Of a stretch of 57,011 bases of DNA, positions 8,711-16,392 are shown in pieces. A program made the translations under genes and the position numbers. The DNA lies in the IMG/VR virus record IMGVR_UViG_3300044984_002188, positions 1 to 57,011 of that record. One strand, written 5' to 3'. This DNA is from a virus (lineage: Duplodnaviria; Caudoviricetes). The notes beneath the pieces were generated by a model. It worked only from the letters and a program-made list of their open reading frames with translations. It made no database searches and was not told the DNA's origin. Position 1 is the stretch's first letter; each line of letters opens with the position of its first letter.

Positions 8711-8968
8711 ATGGCAAATTTTAAACCTATCGGCAAATACATTTGGGTCAAGACTACTTTTGGTGGCGAAAAGACCAACGAGTTTGGTATCATCTACCAA
8801 GAGCGTTCTAAGTCCAAGTTCATTTGGAGTACTGTTCTCGCTATCGGTGATAAGTTGACCGAAGATATCAAGGTTGGTGATGAGATTCTTTGGGATGTCA
8901 CCCAATTAAAAGATGGCTACAGTGGAAACCATTTAGTGCATCAAGATTGGGTTCAGGCTACTAATTAA
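8711..8968 (+). CDS. groES: GroES-like co-chaperonin (gp31 analogue)
   Basis: FKPIGKYIWVK, KTNEFGII mobile loop, VLAIG, IKVGDEIL; 85 aa. Confidence 0.85.
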   Translation: MANFKPIGKYIWVKTTFGGEKTNEFGIIYQERSKSKFIWSTVLAIGDKLTEDIKVGDEILWDVTQLKDGYSGNHLVHQDWVQATN

Positions 8969-8970
8969 TA

Positions 8971-9453
8971 TTATATTTTTATATCAAGCAAGGTTCCCAT
9001 ATTGGGTTTCTTTGCTTTTTTAAGATTAATATCAGCTTGTGTATCAATATGTTTACGAATGGTTTCATTTGCATCAGCGATAGAATCATAATCCTTTTCA
9101 CTAATGCTTGATCCTCTTTCTTTTATAAGAGACTCACGAGTAGATTTTGTTATATGTTGAAGCGCATCATATAAATCTGGCTCACCATATTGAGTGGTAA
9201 GGTTTTTATGCAATTCTCCAAAGTGTTGCGAATCATCACCCAAAATCTTAGATATTGATCCACCTAAATGTTTTTTAAATTCACCATGAATACCTGTATC
9301 ATCACCTTGTACATTTGGAAGTTCAGTATTGATAAAATGTAAAAACTGACCTAATACATGATCTCTATGATCATTTATTTTTGGTTTTTTATCTCCATAA
9401 TTAAATGGTACGATGTCATTTTCTTCAAGTAAATATTGTTTAAAAGTTTTCAT
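8971..9453 (-). CDS. Putative internal head protein
   Basis: MKTFKQYLLEE leader; AATAAATA at 9461-9468. Confidence 0.75.
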   Translation of the reverse strand: MKTFKQYLLEENDIVPFNYGDKKPKINDHRDHVLGQFLHFINTELPNVQGDDTGIHGEFKKHLGGSISKILGDDSQHFGELHKNLTTQYGEPDLYDALQHITKSTRESLIKERGSSISEKDYDSIADANETIRKHIDTQADINLKKAKKPNMGTLLDIKI

Positions 9454-9476
9454 ACTACATTATTTATTAAAAGAAA

Positions 9477-9501
9477 CAACCCCCGAACATCTCGGGGGTT
9501 G
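9477..9501 (-). terminator. Intrinsic terminator
   Basis: CAACCCCCGA-5nt-TCGGGGGTTG, followed on the - strand by TTTCTTTT. Confidence 0.8.
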
Positions 9502-9531
9502 ACATACTAAAGGTTCAAATTTTAGTACGAT

Positions 9532-10146
9532 TTATCTGTTTCCTCTAAAATACATTTTATTCTGATCATCGCGCACATCACGTGCATGACTTTGATCACC
9601 GATACGTTCTAAAGTATCTTCAATATGTGCAGCAAATGCTCCTTGACCACCTAACAGTTTGTATGATGCTTTAAGCCCTTCTGCGTGTGAAGAATCAGCT
9701 TGATCTAAACTTCCTTTTTTAATTAATTGACTAAGATGTTGAGAAATTTCAGCATGAGTTTTTGGATCAATTGAACCACCTGCAGATCCACCTTCATCAT
9801 TGTCTAAAAAATCTTGAAGCATATCGGAAGAGGATGGACCTTTTTTTGCTTCATTTAAAATTCTTGGAAAGCCACCATAACTTATTTGACCATAAGAAAT
9901 AACTGTACCTTCTTTAAGGGTAGTCTTCTTCTTTTTATCAATGGCTTTCTTGATTGCCTTATCCTTAGATCCAAAGTACTCATCCTTTGATGATTCTACT
10001 TCACCATCACCATCATAGTCTTTGGTAGATTTCTTGTCCTTCTTTTTCGATTTGTTAAACTTACTGATATCAAATCGTTTCTCAATGAGATTGAGTTGAG
10101 CTTGAAGTTGTTCGTACAATGCTTTGTAGTATTCTAGGTCATTCAT
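9532..10146 (-). CDS. Late hypothetical protein, putative internal head protein
   Basis: TATAAATA at 10152-10159; DYDGDGEVES...KDKAIKKA and YGGFP modules. Confidence 0.75.
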   Translation of the reverse strand: MNDLEYYKALYEQLQAQLNLIEKRFDISKFNKSKKKDKKSTKDYDGDGEVESSKDEYFGSKDKAIKKAIDKKKKTTLKEGTVISYGQISYGGFPRILNEAKKGPSSSDMLQDFLDNDEGGSAGGSIDPKTHAEISQHLSQLIKKGSLDQADSSHAEGLKASYKLLGGQGAFAAHIEDTLERIGDQSHARDVRDDQNKMYFRGNR

Positions 10147-10154
10147 ATTATTAT

Positions 10155-10892
10155 TTATAAACTTAATCGTTTATCCTGTGTTGATTTAATATACTCATTC
10201 ATTTTATCCAAATAACCCCTATTTCGTAGTTCTTTGAATACCATATTCTCAATACTCACTTCTCCAGACTTTTTAAGTCCAGAACTTCTCATATTTCGAA
10301 TCTTTTCTTTCAATTTATCAAAAGATTCATCTTCAGCATTTGATGAAATTAAATCATCAATTTTTTCAATATATTCGTTAACCTTCTTTTCAATACTTGG
10401 ATCATTTAAATCTACATCTTGGTGTTTTGGTTCCGTGATCCATTGGTCATTAAGCACGCTATAAGCCCCCTGGTCAGGTGGTACGGCTTCTTTGATGTCT
10501 TGAGCGTATATTTCTACATCATGCCCTAGAATGGAAATGTCATGAGTTAAAGACCAAAGTTGCTTCTTATCTTTAAGATAGTCATCTATTAAATTTGGGC
10601 AATTATCAATTTTTCTTTTATCAACAAGAATGTGAAGATCGATATCTGAATAAGAAGTATATGCATAACTTGCATTACCACCAACTAGAATATAATCTTC
10701 TACTGCACTTTCTGGTAAACCAACCCATTCAACCCAGGTACTCCCAATTTCTAGAAGTTTAGCTTTAATATTCTTTTTTAATTGCATACCATCCCAAATC
10801 TTTGGATTTAGTTCATTATGATATTCAAGAGTTAAAGAAGTATTTTCTTCTAAGAATTGTTTAAAAGAAAGTATTTTATATTCTTTAATCAT
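10155..10892 (-). CDS. Nucleotidyltransferase (Pol-beta superfamily)
   Basis: LVGGNASYAYTSYSDIDLHILVD and a later VEIYAQD; N-terminal SFKQFLEE. Confidence 0.85.
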   Translation of the reverse strand: MIKEYKILSFKQFLEENTSLTLEYHNELNPKIWDGMQLKKNIKAKLLEIGSTWVEWVGLPESAVEDYILVGGNASYAYTSYSDIDLHILVDKRKIDNCPNLIDDYLKDKKQLWSLTHDISILGHDVEIYAQDIKEAVPPDQGAYSVLNDQWITEPKHQDVDLNDPSIEKKVNEYIEKIDDLISSNAEDESFDKLKEKIRNMRSSGLKKSGEVSIENMVFKELRNRGYLDKMNEYIKSTQDKRLSL

Positions 10893-10917
10893 TTTTTTAT
10901 ATACAATTATAGTAAAC

Positions 10918-11319
10918 TTAATTTACTCTTTGGCCATTTCCGTAATCAACAAACCACTGTTGCATGCGTTCCCATAAATCTAACCATTGTTGCCAACGTA
11001 TTAGAAAATCTGGTCTACTTTCACCAGGAATTTGCTTTGGTTGATTGTCTTTTTGCCAATTCCACCACCAATCTATCCATTCTTGTGAATTTCCAGGTGG
11101 TGGTACAGGTTTATCTGTTGGATACACTCCAGGAGGTGGTCCAGCTGGAATTCCTGGAGCTGGTCCCCCCGCACCATTACTATTCGTAGAAGTTTGAGCA
11201 GTTATTACAGTAGGCTCATTAACTTCATTAATATTTTTAGGAAATCCACCATAATTAATAATATTGTTTCCTATTACTCTACCTTCATTTAAATTATATT
11301 TTTTATTATAGTAATTCAT
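10918..11319 (-). CDS. Pro/Trp-rich hypothetical protein
   Basis: YGGFP module shared with 9532..10146. Confidence 0.7.
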   Translation of the reverse strand: MNYYNKKYNLNEGRVIGNNIINYGGFPKNINEVNEPTVITAQTSTNSNGAGGPAPGIPAGPPPGVYPTDKPVPPPGNSQEWIDWWWNWQKDNQPKQIPGESRPDFLIRWQQWLDLWERMQQWFVDYGNGQRVN

Positions 11320-11322
11320 TTA

Positions 11323-11709
11323 TTATCTCATTCCGTGTAAACCTTTTAATCTCATGACTTCTCGTGTATATGCATTTCCTTGAGAAGTATTTAAAGTCTG
11401 CCAACTTGCATTTTCTGGTTGTTCAGTTTCTAAAGTATTTGGATTATCATAATCTAATGTTATTAGCTCTCTAATCTCTGCTTCTGTTTCTGGTGTATGT
11501 GTAAAACCCTGATATGGTAGAGGCTTTAAAGGATCCTCTGGAGGTGGCATACCCTTCTTACCCCCCTTACCTTTTTTAGAAGGCATACCAGGAGGTGGCA
11601 TAACACCCGGAGGCATTGCCATTTGAGGCATTCCGGGTCCACCTGGAGGACCAACTAATGCTAATTCTTCATTTATAAAAGCTTTAAACGATAAAATTGA
11701 TTTTTTCAT
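11323..11709 (-). CDS. Pro/Gly-rich putative internal head protein
   Basis: LSFKAFINEE leader; ATGA overlap with the upstream gene. Confidence 0.7.
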   Translation of the reverse strand: MKKSILSFKAFINEELALVGPPGGPGMPQMAMPPGVMPPPGMPSKKGKGGKKGMPPPEDPLKPLPYQGFTHTPETEAEIRELITLDYDNPNTLETEQPENASWQTLNTSQGNAYTREVMRLKGLHGMR

Positions 11710-12389
11710 GTGTTATTTCCATTATAACTGTTATCATTATAATTTTTAATTTTATAAACTTGGCGAGAATATTGATCGTAATGATATGTTTCTGTAGGAA
11801 CAGTAGGTGCTGCACGACCTGATACTTCATCGGGTACATAAAGATTATATTTTTGTAACATTGCTTTTAAATTTTGTTGTAAATGATTGGCAACAGCGTT
11901 ATTCATTGTTTGCCATGTTACAACTTTTGATTCTGGTGCTAAATTAAATTTTTCTTTTACTTTATCAGTATAGGCGCGGCTAACAGAACTGTTATCAGTT
12001 TTATCAGCATATTGATTAACAAATTGTTGTACTGAAGCAGTTAAAGTTGGAGCTAGTTCAAATCCCATACCAAAACTTGCTGTATTTACAGAAGTTCCGG
12101 GAGTATTGGCTACAATTACTGCCCCTGCACCAGTTTGGTTTTCTGCAGTATCAAATGCTGGGAATACACTAGCAATTGATTCTATACCTTTAACTGGAAC
12201 TAATACAGGTTCTTTAGGTGGTGCAGCAGCTTCAAAAATACCTTTAGATGTTTTATTTCGTTTAAAAGAATCAAATAATTGAGATTTAATTCCTTTGTTG
12301 ACTTTTTTAATGCCTAAAGCAGAAGAATTTAGTTTTGAACTAAAAACATCCTGCACGTTATAAACATTTCCTTCATTCGTTTCTTGCAT
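11706..12389 (-). CDS. Late hypothetical protein
   Basis: TATAAATA at 12395-12402, 5 nt before ATG. Confidence 0.75.
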   Translation of the reverse strand: MQETNEGNVYNVQDVFSSKLNSSALGIKKVNKGIKSQLFDSFKRNKTSKGIFEAAAPPKEPVLVPVKGIESIASVFPAFDTAENQTGAGAVIVANTPGTSVNTASFGMGFELAPTLTASVQQFVNQYADKTDNSSVSRAYTDKVKEKFNLAPESKVVTWQTMNNAVANHLQQNLKAMLQKYNLYVPDEVSGRAAPTVPTETYHYDQYSRQVYKIKNYNDNSYNGNNT

Positions 12390-12425
12390 AATACTATTTA
12401 TACATTATATTTCATCTATACAATC

Positions 12426-12716
12426 ATGGCAAAAATACGCAAAACAGCTCCAGCTAAAAAAAGAAAATCTCCAATTTTTCCCCCAGTACCTGTAAAAGTA
12501 TATCCAGCTTTTATTCAATCTTTTATAGATGAAGTTGAAAGTAAACACAATTTTAAAGTTGTTGTAAATCAATATACTGAGGATAGCACATACCATGTTG
12601 GAGTATGTAAGCCAGTAAAGCACAATAAATATCACTGTATCTGGATGTCAAATTTTGTAGATAATCCAGAAATATTGAAAACATTCTGGTTAAGCGAATC
12701 ATTTAAAAATTCCTAA
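12426..12716 (+). CDS. Hypothetical protein with basic N-terminus
   Basis: TTGCAT(12384)-16-TATATT(12406) upstream. Confidence 0.7.
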   Translation: MAKIRKTAPAKKRKSPIFPPVPVKVYPAFIQSFIDEVESKHNFKVVVNQYTEDSTYHVGVCKPVKHNKYHCIWMSNFVDNPEILKTFWLSESFKNS

Positions 12717-12726
12717 ATATGGTAGA

Positions 12727-13146
12727 ATGATTGTAGATTATAATTATAAACCTTATGTACATATTGTTACATCTGCACCCGCAGCAACATTAGAGTACAC
12801 TCCTCCATTTAAAAATAATAAGGGGTTTATATTTTTTGTTGGAGTAGATGATAATAGTTCAGCATATTATCCAACAATAACATTATCTACACCAGATAAT
12901 ACTGGTATAACTTTTTCTTCTTTATTCGAAACTGGTAGTTTTGGAGATATGTTTATGCAATTTAAAAGAGATACTAATTCCACGACTACATCACGATCTT
13001 TTGATATGGCAATGGTACGGGGTGGTTCATCAAACCAACATAATTCTTCATTTTTTCCATTTACATATCAAAAAATTACAATTAACGCTGATGACACACC
13101 AGGATCAAACTGGGTAACGGCTCCAGTAATAATAACACTCTATTAA
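12727..13146 (+). CDS. Late beta-rich protein, paralog 1
   Basis: CCTAAATA at 12712; NKGFIF and FFPF motifs. Confidence 0.7.
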   Translation: MIVDYNYKPYVHIVTSAPAATLEYTPPFKNNKGFIFFVGVDDNSSAYYPTITLSTPDNTGITFSSLFETGSFGDMFMQFKRDTNSTTTSRSFDMAMVRGGSSNQHNSSFFPFTYQKITINADDTPGSNWVTAPVIITLY

Positions 13147-13148
13147 AA

Positions 13149-13424
13149 ATGAGATTATATAAAAAAATAAAACCTTTGTTATCCGGTGCTACTCCTTCTA
13201 TAACTAATAAAGGGGTTTTATTAATTAATACTTCAGCAAGTGTTGTTGATTGTAGTGTAAATATATTAAATGTTGATAATACTATTTCAACATTAGAATT
13301 AACCCTTAATTCAATTTCTGCAACTACTCTATCTATTTCATCATTCCCAAATTTTACATTAATTCCATTTCACATTACTAGTTGGACAAGCGCATCCGCT
13401 ATTAACGGATACGAACTTTTTTAA
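13149..13424 (+). CDS. Late beta-rich protein, paralog 2
   Basis: NKGVLL...LIPFHITSW...GYELF. Confidence 0.7.
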   Translation: MRLYKKIKPLLSGATPSITNKGVLLINTSASVVDCSVNILNVDNTISTLELTLNSISATTLSISSFPNFTLIPFHITSWTSASAINGYELF

Positions 13425-13438
13425 GAATAAATAATATT

Positions 13439-13690
13439 ATGAGAACATTTAAAAAATTAAAAGAATTTGGAACTACCGTTGCTGGAGCCACTGGTGGCAG
13501 AAGTAATGAAGGAGTATTATTTGTCAACGGTGGTGTCGCTGGAACACTCACAGTACAGAGTTTAGCTCCAACAGGAGCAATTACATCCGTGGGTCCAATT
13601 TCTCTTGGAGCAAATCAAACTTTGATTTATCCAATTTTTACATATGGCTGGACTGCAAGTCAAGCTATGAAAGCTTACGAATTATTTTAA
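13439..13690 (+). CDS. Late beta-rich protein, paralog 3
   Basis: AATAAATA at 13426; NEGVLF...IYPIFTYGW...AYELF. Confidence 0.7.
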   Translation: MRTFKKLKEFGTTVAGATGGRSNEGVLFVNGGVAGTLTVQSLAPTGAITSVGPISLGANQTLIYPIFTYGWTASQAMKAYELF

Positions 13691-13693
13691 ATT

Positions 13694-13900
13694 GTGTCTA
13701 AAGAGATTAGATGTCTCATTACCAATAATCTTCTTAAAAAAGGTGAGTGGTTTTGGCTATCGTGGGAAATGGATGCGGCAATCTCAGCACCGGGTCTAGC
13801 AGAGTTAGAAATGCGCCGTCATGATCCTGACGATGACTTTGCTAGAATGTTGTGGCAAGAATGGGAATGGACTCGAGAAATCGGAAACCCAGATCTTTAA
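13694..13900 (+). CDS. Trp-rich hypothetical protein
   Basis: GTG start 3 nt after the previous stop. Confidence 0.6.
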   Translation: MSKEIRCLITNNLLKKGEWFWLSWEMDAAISAPGLAELEMRRHDPDDDFARMLWQEWEWTREIGNPDL

Positions 13901-14541
13901 TTTCCCAACATTCTAGAAATCTTTTGTGATACCGATTCCTTGACTGTTTTCCAGTTTTTGCTAGGAAGTTCGTATTTTCCTTCATCTTCTGGTTCTTCTT
14001 CATCGCCCATTACATTATCAGATGCATCAAGTCTTACGTCCTGAGCATCAGCATCACCATCTCTATCAACGTCAGTAGGTTTAGAGTCATGTGCCCATGG
14101 GAAAGACGGTAGTCTACCAATTTCTTCTGTACCTGAATCTGGATCTGTTGGATTAAATGAGTCGTCAGCATCTCCATGATAGCCAGTTTCTACACGTTGT
14201 ACACCAGTACCAGTAGCTTGTTTTTCAGCCCTGACTTCTGCAACTCTATCTTGAAATCCATCAAAATCAAAATCACTTAGTTCTCCACCACCAGAACTTT
14301 TAGCAGCGGCAGCTGCTTTAGCAGCAGCTTCTCTATTCTCACGCCGCTTTACAGTATCTGCAGCTTCACGAGCTCTTTTTGCAGCTATTCCTGCTTCACT
14401 GCGATTTGGCTTATTAGCCTCGGTAATCATCTGGTTTCTTAACTCACGTTGTTCTGCAAGAATTTCAAATCCTTTTATTTGAGATTGTACACCAGCTTGA
14501 TTTAAGGAATGAATCCAACCGTAATAACCTTTGTTCTTCAT
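13897..14541 (-). CDS. Late hypothetical protein, acidic, with DxDxDG motif
   Basis: ACTAAATA at 14547-14554, 5 nt before ATG 14541. Confidence 0.75.
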   Translation of the reverse strand: MKNKGYYGWIHSLNQAGVQSQIKGFEILAEQRELRNQMITEANKPNRSEAGIAAKRAREAADTVKRRENREAAAKAAAAAKSSGGGELSDFDFDGFQDRVAEVRAEKQATGTGVQRVETGYHGDADDSFNPTDPDSGTEEIGRLPSFPWAHDSKPTDVDRDGDADAQDVRLDASDNVMGDEEEPEDEGKYELPSKNWKTVKESVSQKISRMLGN

Positions 14542-14546
14542 ATTAT

Positions 14547-14581
14547 TATTTAGTTGACACAAAAGTTCTATGTGCTATACT
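14547..14581. promoter_or_regulatory. Divergent promoter pair: late (-) and sigma70-type (+)
   Basis: ACTAAATA on -; TTGACA(14554)-16-TATACT(14576) on +. Confidence 0.75.
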
Positions 14582-14587
14582 CCCTCT

Positions 14588-14722
14588 ATGACTTATGGTT
14601 CACACGGTGCAGGTAAGGGAAGTTCACCCAGACACGTAAATTTGGAACAATATGGTAAAAATTATGAAGCAATTTTTAAAAAGAAGCCAGTAAAGAAAAA
14701 GTCTAAAAAATCACCTAAATAA
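14588..14722 (+). CDS. 44-aa basic peptide (not in ORF track)
   Basis: MTYGSHGAGKGSSPRHVNLEQYGKNYEAIFKKKPVKKKSKKSPK; ATG 6 nt after the -10 box. Confidence 0.75.
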   Translation: MTYGSHGAGKGSSPRHVNLEQYGKNYEAIFKKKPVKKKSKKSPK

Positions 14723-14727
14723 ACTAC

Positions 14728-14810
14728 GCAAGAGTACTCAAGCGGTCAACGAGAGCAGATTGTAAATCTGCTGATTAATTTCTACGAAGGTTCGAATCCC
14801 TCCTCTTGCA
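14728..14810 (+). tRNA. tRNA-Tyr (GTA)
   Basis: Acceptor GCAAGAG/CTCTTGC; GCAGA-tt GTA aa-TCTGC; long variable arm; no encoded CCA. Confidence 0.9.
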
Positions 14811-14852
14811 TTTATTATTTGACTTCTCCTTGGATATGTGTATAATATGACC

Positions 14853-15209
14853 ATGAAAACACCTCCAGATCCAATTAAAAAAAATTCATATCATATTTCA
14901 GAGTCTGTATTAAAACAAATGGATGAAGCCAAGCGAGTTAAAAAAATGTATAAAACTCCTAAACATTACGAATATGATCCATCTCTAAATGGTTTGACCG
15001 AACCTGGGTCAAACCAAGTTGCTATCAATCAAGCACTCAATGATAGAATGAAAGAATTGCAGACTAGAAATATGGCTTTAGAAAGCAGACTTGAAAGGCT
15101 TGAAGCAGTTTTAAGTTCTAAACACTTTCTTGACTTTACTAGTAAGTTAGAAGAAATGACTGATAAACTAGATGATCTTCAATCTAAAATAGATTTACTT
15201 GACGAATAA
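14853..15209 (+). CDS. Coiled-coil hypothetical protein
   Basis: TTGACT(14819)-16-TATAAT(14841), ATG 6 nt later. Confidence 0.7.
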   Translation: MKTPPDPIKKNSYHISESVLKQMDEAKRVKKMYKTPKHYEYDPSLNGLTEPGSNQVAINQALNDRMKELQTRNMALESRLERLEAVLSSKHFLDFTSKLEEMTDKLDDLQSKIDLLDE

Positions 15210-15232
15210 ATAAACCGGAGTATATTATTATT

Positions 15233-15406
15233 ATGCCTAACTCAAAACAACGTATTACCAAGCGTGCTCATAGAAAGCGTGAAGAACGCATGAAGCGTAA
15301 TCGTATTCAGAGCCTTATGAAGGCTCGTGTTGGTACACTTCGCAGTCTTGACGCGAGTGGACAACTTCCTGTATGTGTCAAGGAAAAGAGACTGCCCAAT
15401 GGCTAA
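15233..15406 (+). CDS. 57-aa very basic protein (not in ORF track)
   Basis: MPNSKQRITKRAHRKREERMKRNRIQSLMKARVGTLRSLDASGQLPVCVKEKRLPNG; TTGACG-16-TATATT-6-ATG. Confidence 0.7.
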   Translation: MPNSKQRITKRAHRKREERMKRNRIQSLMKARVGTLRSLDASGQLPVCVKEKRLPNG

Positions 15407-15695
15407 AACTGCCACAATGATGTCGTTTGATGAACTTCGAAAGAAGTATGATCATATTGATTGTTTTTTCACATATTATAATGGAGAGAAATCTTCTTTT
15501 GATTTTTATGGCACTGATGCAAATGGAACCGAGGTTCGTATTTCCATTGGTGGATGTCCTGCATGGATCAAGACCATTGAGTTTGGTCCTAAAGACCCTC
15601 TAAATATTAGTGATTCAATCGAACGTCATGTTCGTTTTGTTTCTGTAACAGATAACCGTGGTAAGCAAGTTTACGAACAATTTTTTGATGTCTAA
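15399..15695 (+). CDS. Hypothetical protein
   Basis: ATG 15399 (MAKTATMMSF) overlaps the upstream ORF end. Confidence 0.7.
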   Translation: MAKTATMMSFDELRKKYDHIDCFFTYYNGEKSSFDFYGTDANGTEVRISIGGCPAWIKTIEFGPKDPLNISDSIERHVRFVSVTDNRGKQVYEQFFDV

Positions 15696-15704
15696 AGGAA
15701 ACTA

Positions 15705-16157
15705 ATGGGAAATTCAGATCATAACGATTTTAGAAATTGGCAAAATGGTGACGATAGCGAAGAGAACAATCCGAATAACGGATTCTTCTTCTTTGGTAAT
15801 TCTAGCCCAGAGTTTAAGAAGATGTGGGATCAAATGCGTAACGGTGAAAACCCTGCAGATAGCCTTCGTGACTATCTTAACATGGATGACATTTTAAATG
15901 AGTGGACTAAGGAAGATAAGAAGAAACACTTTAATCCAAATAATAAGTTTAATCCAAACAATCCACCAAAGCCTTCACGTAAACCTATTCGAAATAAACC
16001 TAAAACTACACCGTTTACTCAAGAAGAATATTTTAAACTTATTGAGATTCGTGGATACCTTGCTATCCAGGAACAGTTTGCACATGTCAAGGCACTAGAT
16101 AAATTGCTTAATCAAATTATTATTAAGCCAATTGATAATTTAGGAGAATTCCAATGA
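15705..16157 (+). CDS. Hypothetical protein
   Basis: AAGGA SD; 150 aa. Confidence 0.7.
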   Translation: MGNSDHNDFRNWQNGDDSEENNPNNGFFFFGNSSPEFKKMWDQMRNGENPADSLRDYLNMDDILNEWTKEDKKKHFNPNNKFNPNNPPKPSRKPIRNKPKTTPFTQEEYFKLIEIRGYLAIQEQFAHVKALDKLLNQIIIKPIDNLGEFQ

Positions 16158-16366
16158 CATATATTGCAGGTGAAGCATACGATAAGGGCTATAAAGCCCG
16201 TATGGGTGGTGCAGAGAAAGCATCTAATGTCTATGAGTCTACAAGTGTATATTGGCAAGAATGGGCTACTGGTTGGGACGATGCTCACACCAAGATAATT
16301 AATGAAGCCAGACAAAATGCTGGCTGTTCAAAACCTAAGTGTTGTAAGACATTTATTCAAGAATAA
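16154..16366 (+). CDS. Ribosome modulation factor (Rmf/CrpP-fold)-like protein
   Basis: AYDKGYKARMGG...NVY...QEWATGWDDA matches the Rmf pattern AxxxGYxAxxxG...CPY...WxxGWxxA. Confidence 0.65.
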   Translation: MTYIAGEAYDKGYKARMGGAEKASNVYESTSVYWQEWATGWDDAHTKIINEARQNAGCSKPKCCKTFIQE

Positions 16367-16392
16367 AAAAAATCCCCGAAAGGGGATTTTTA
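16367..16392. terminator. Bidirectional intrinsic terminator
   Basis: AAAAATCCCC-GAAA-GGGGATTTTT between convergent genes. Confidence 0.85.
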
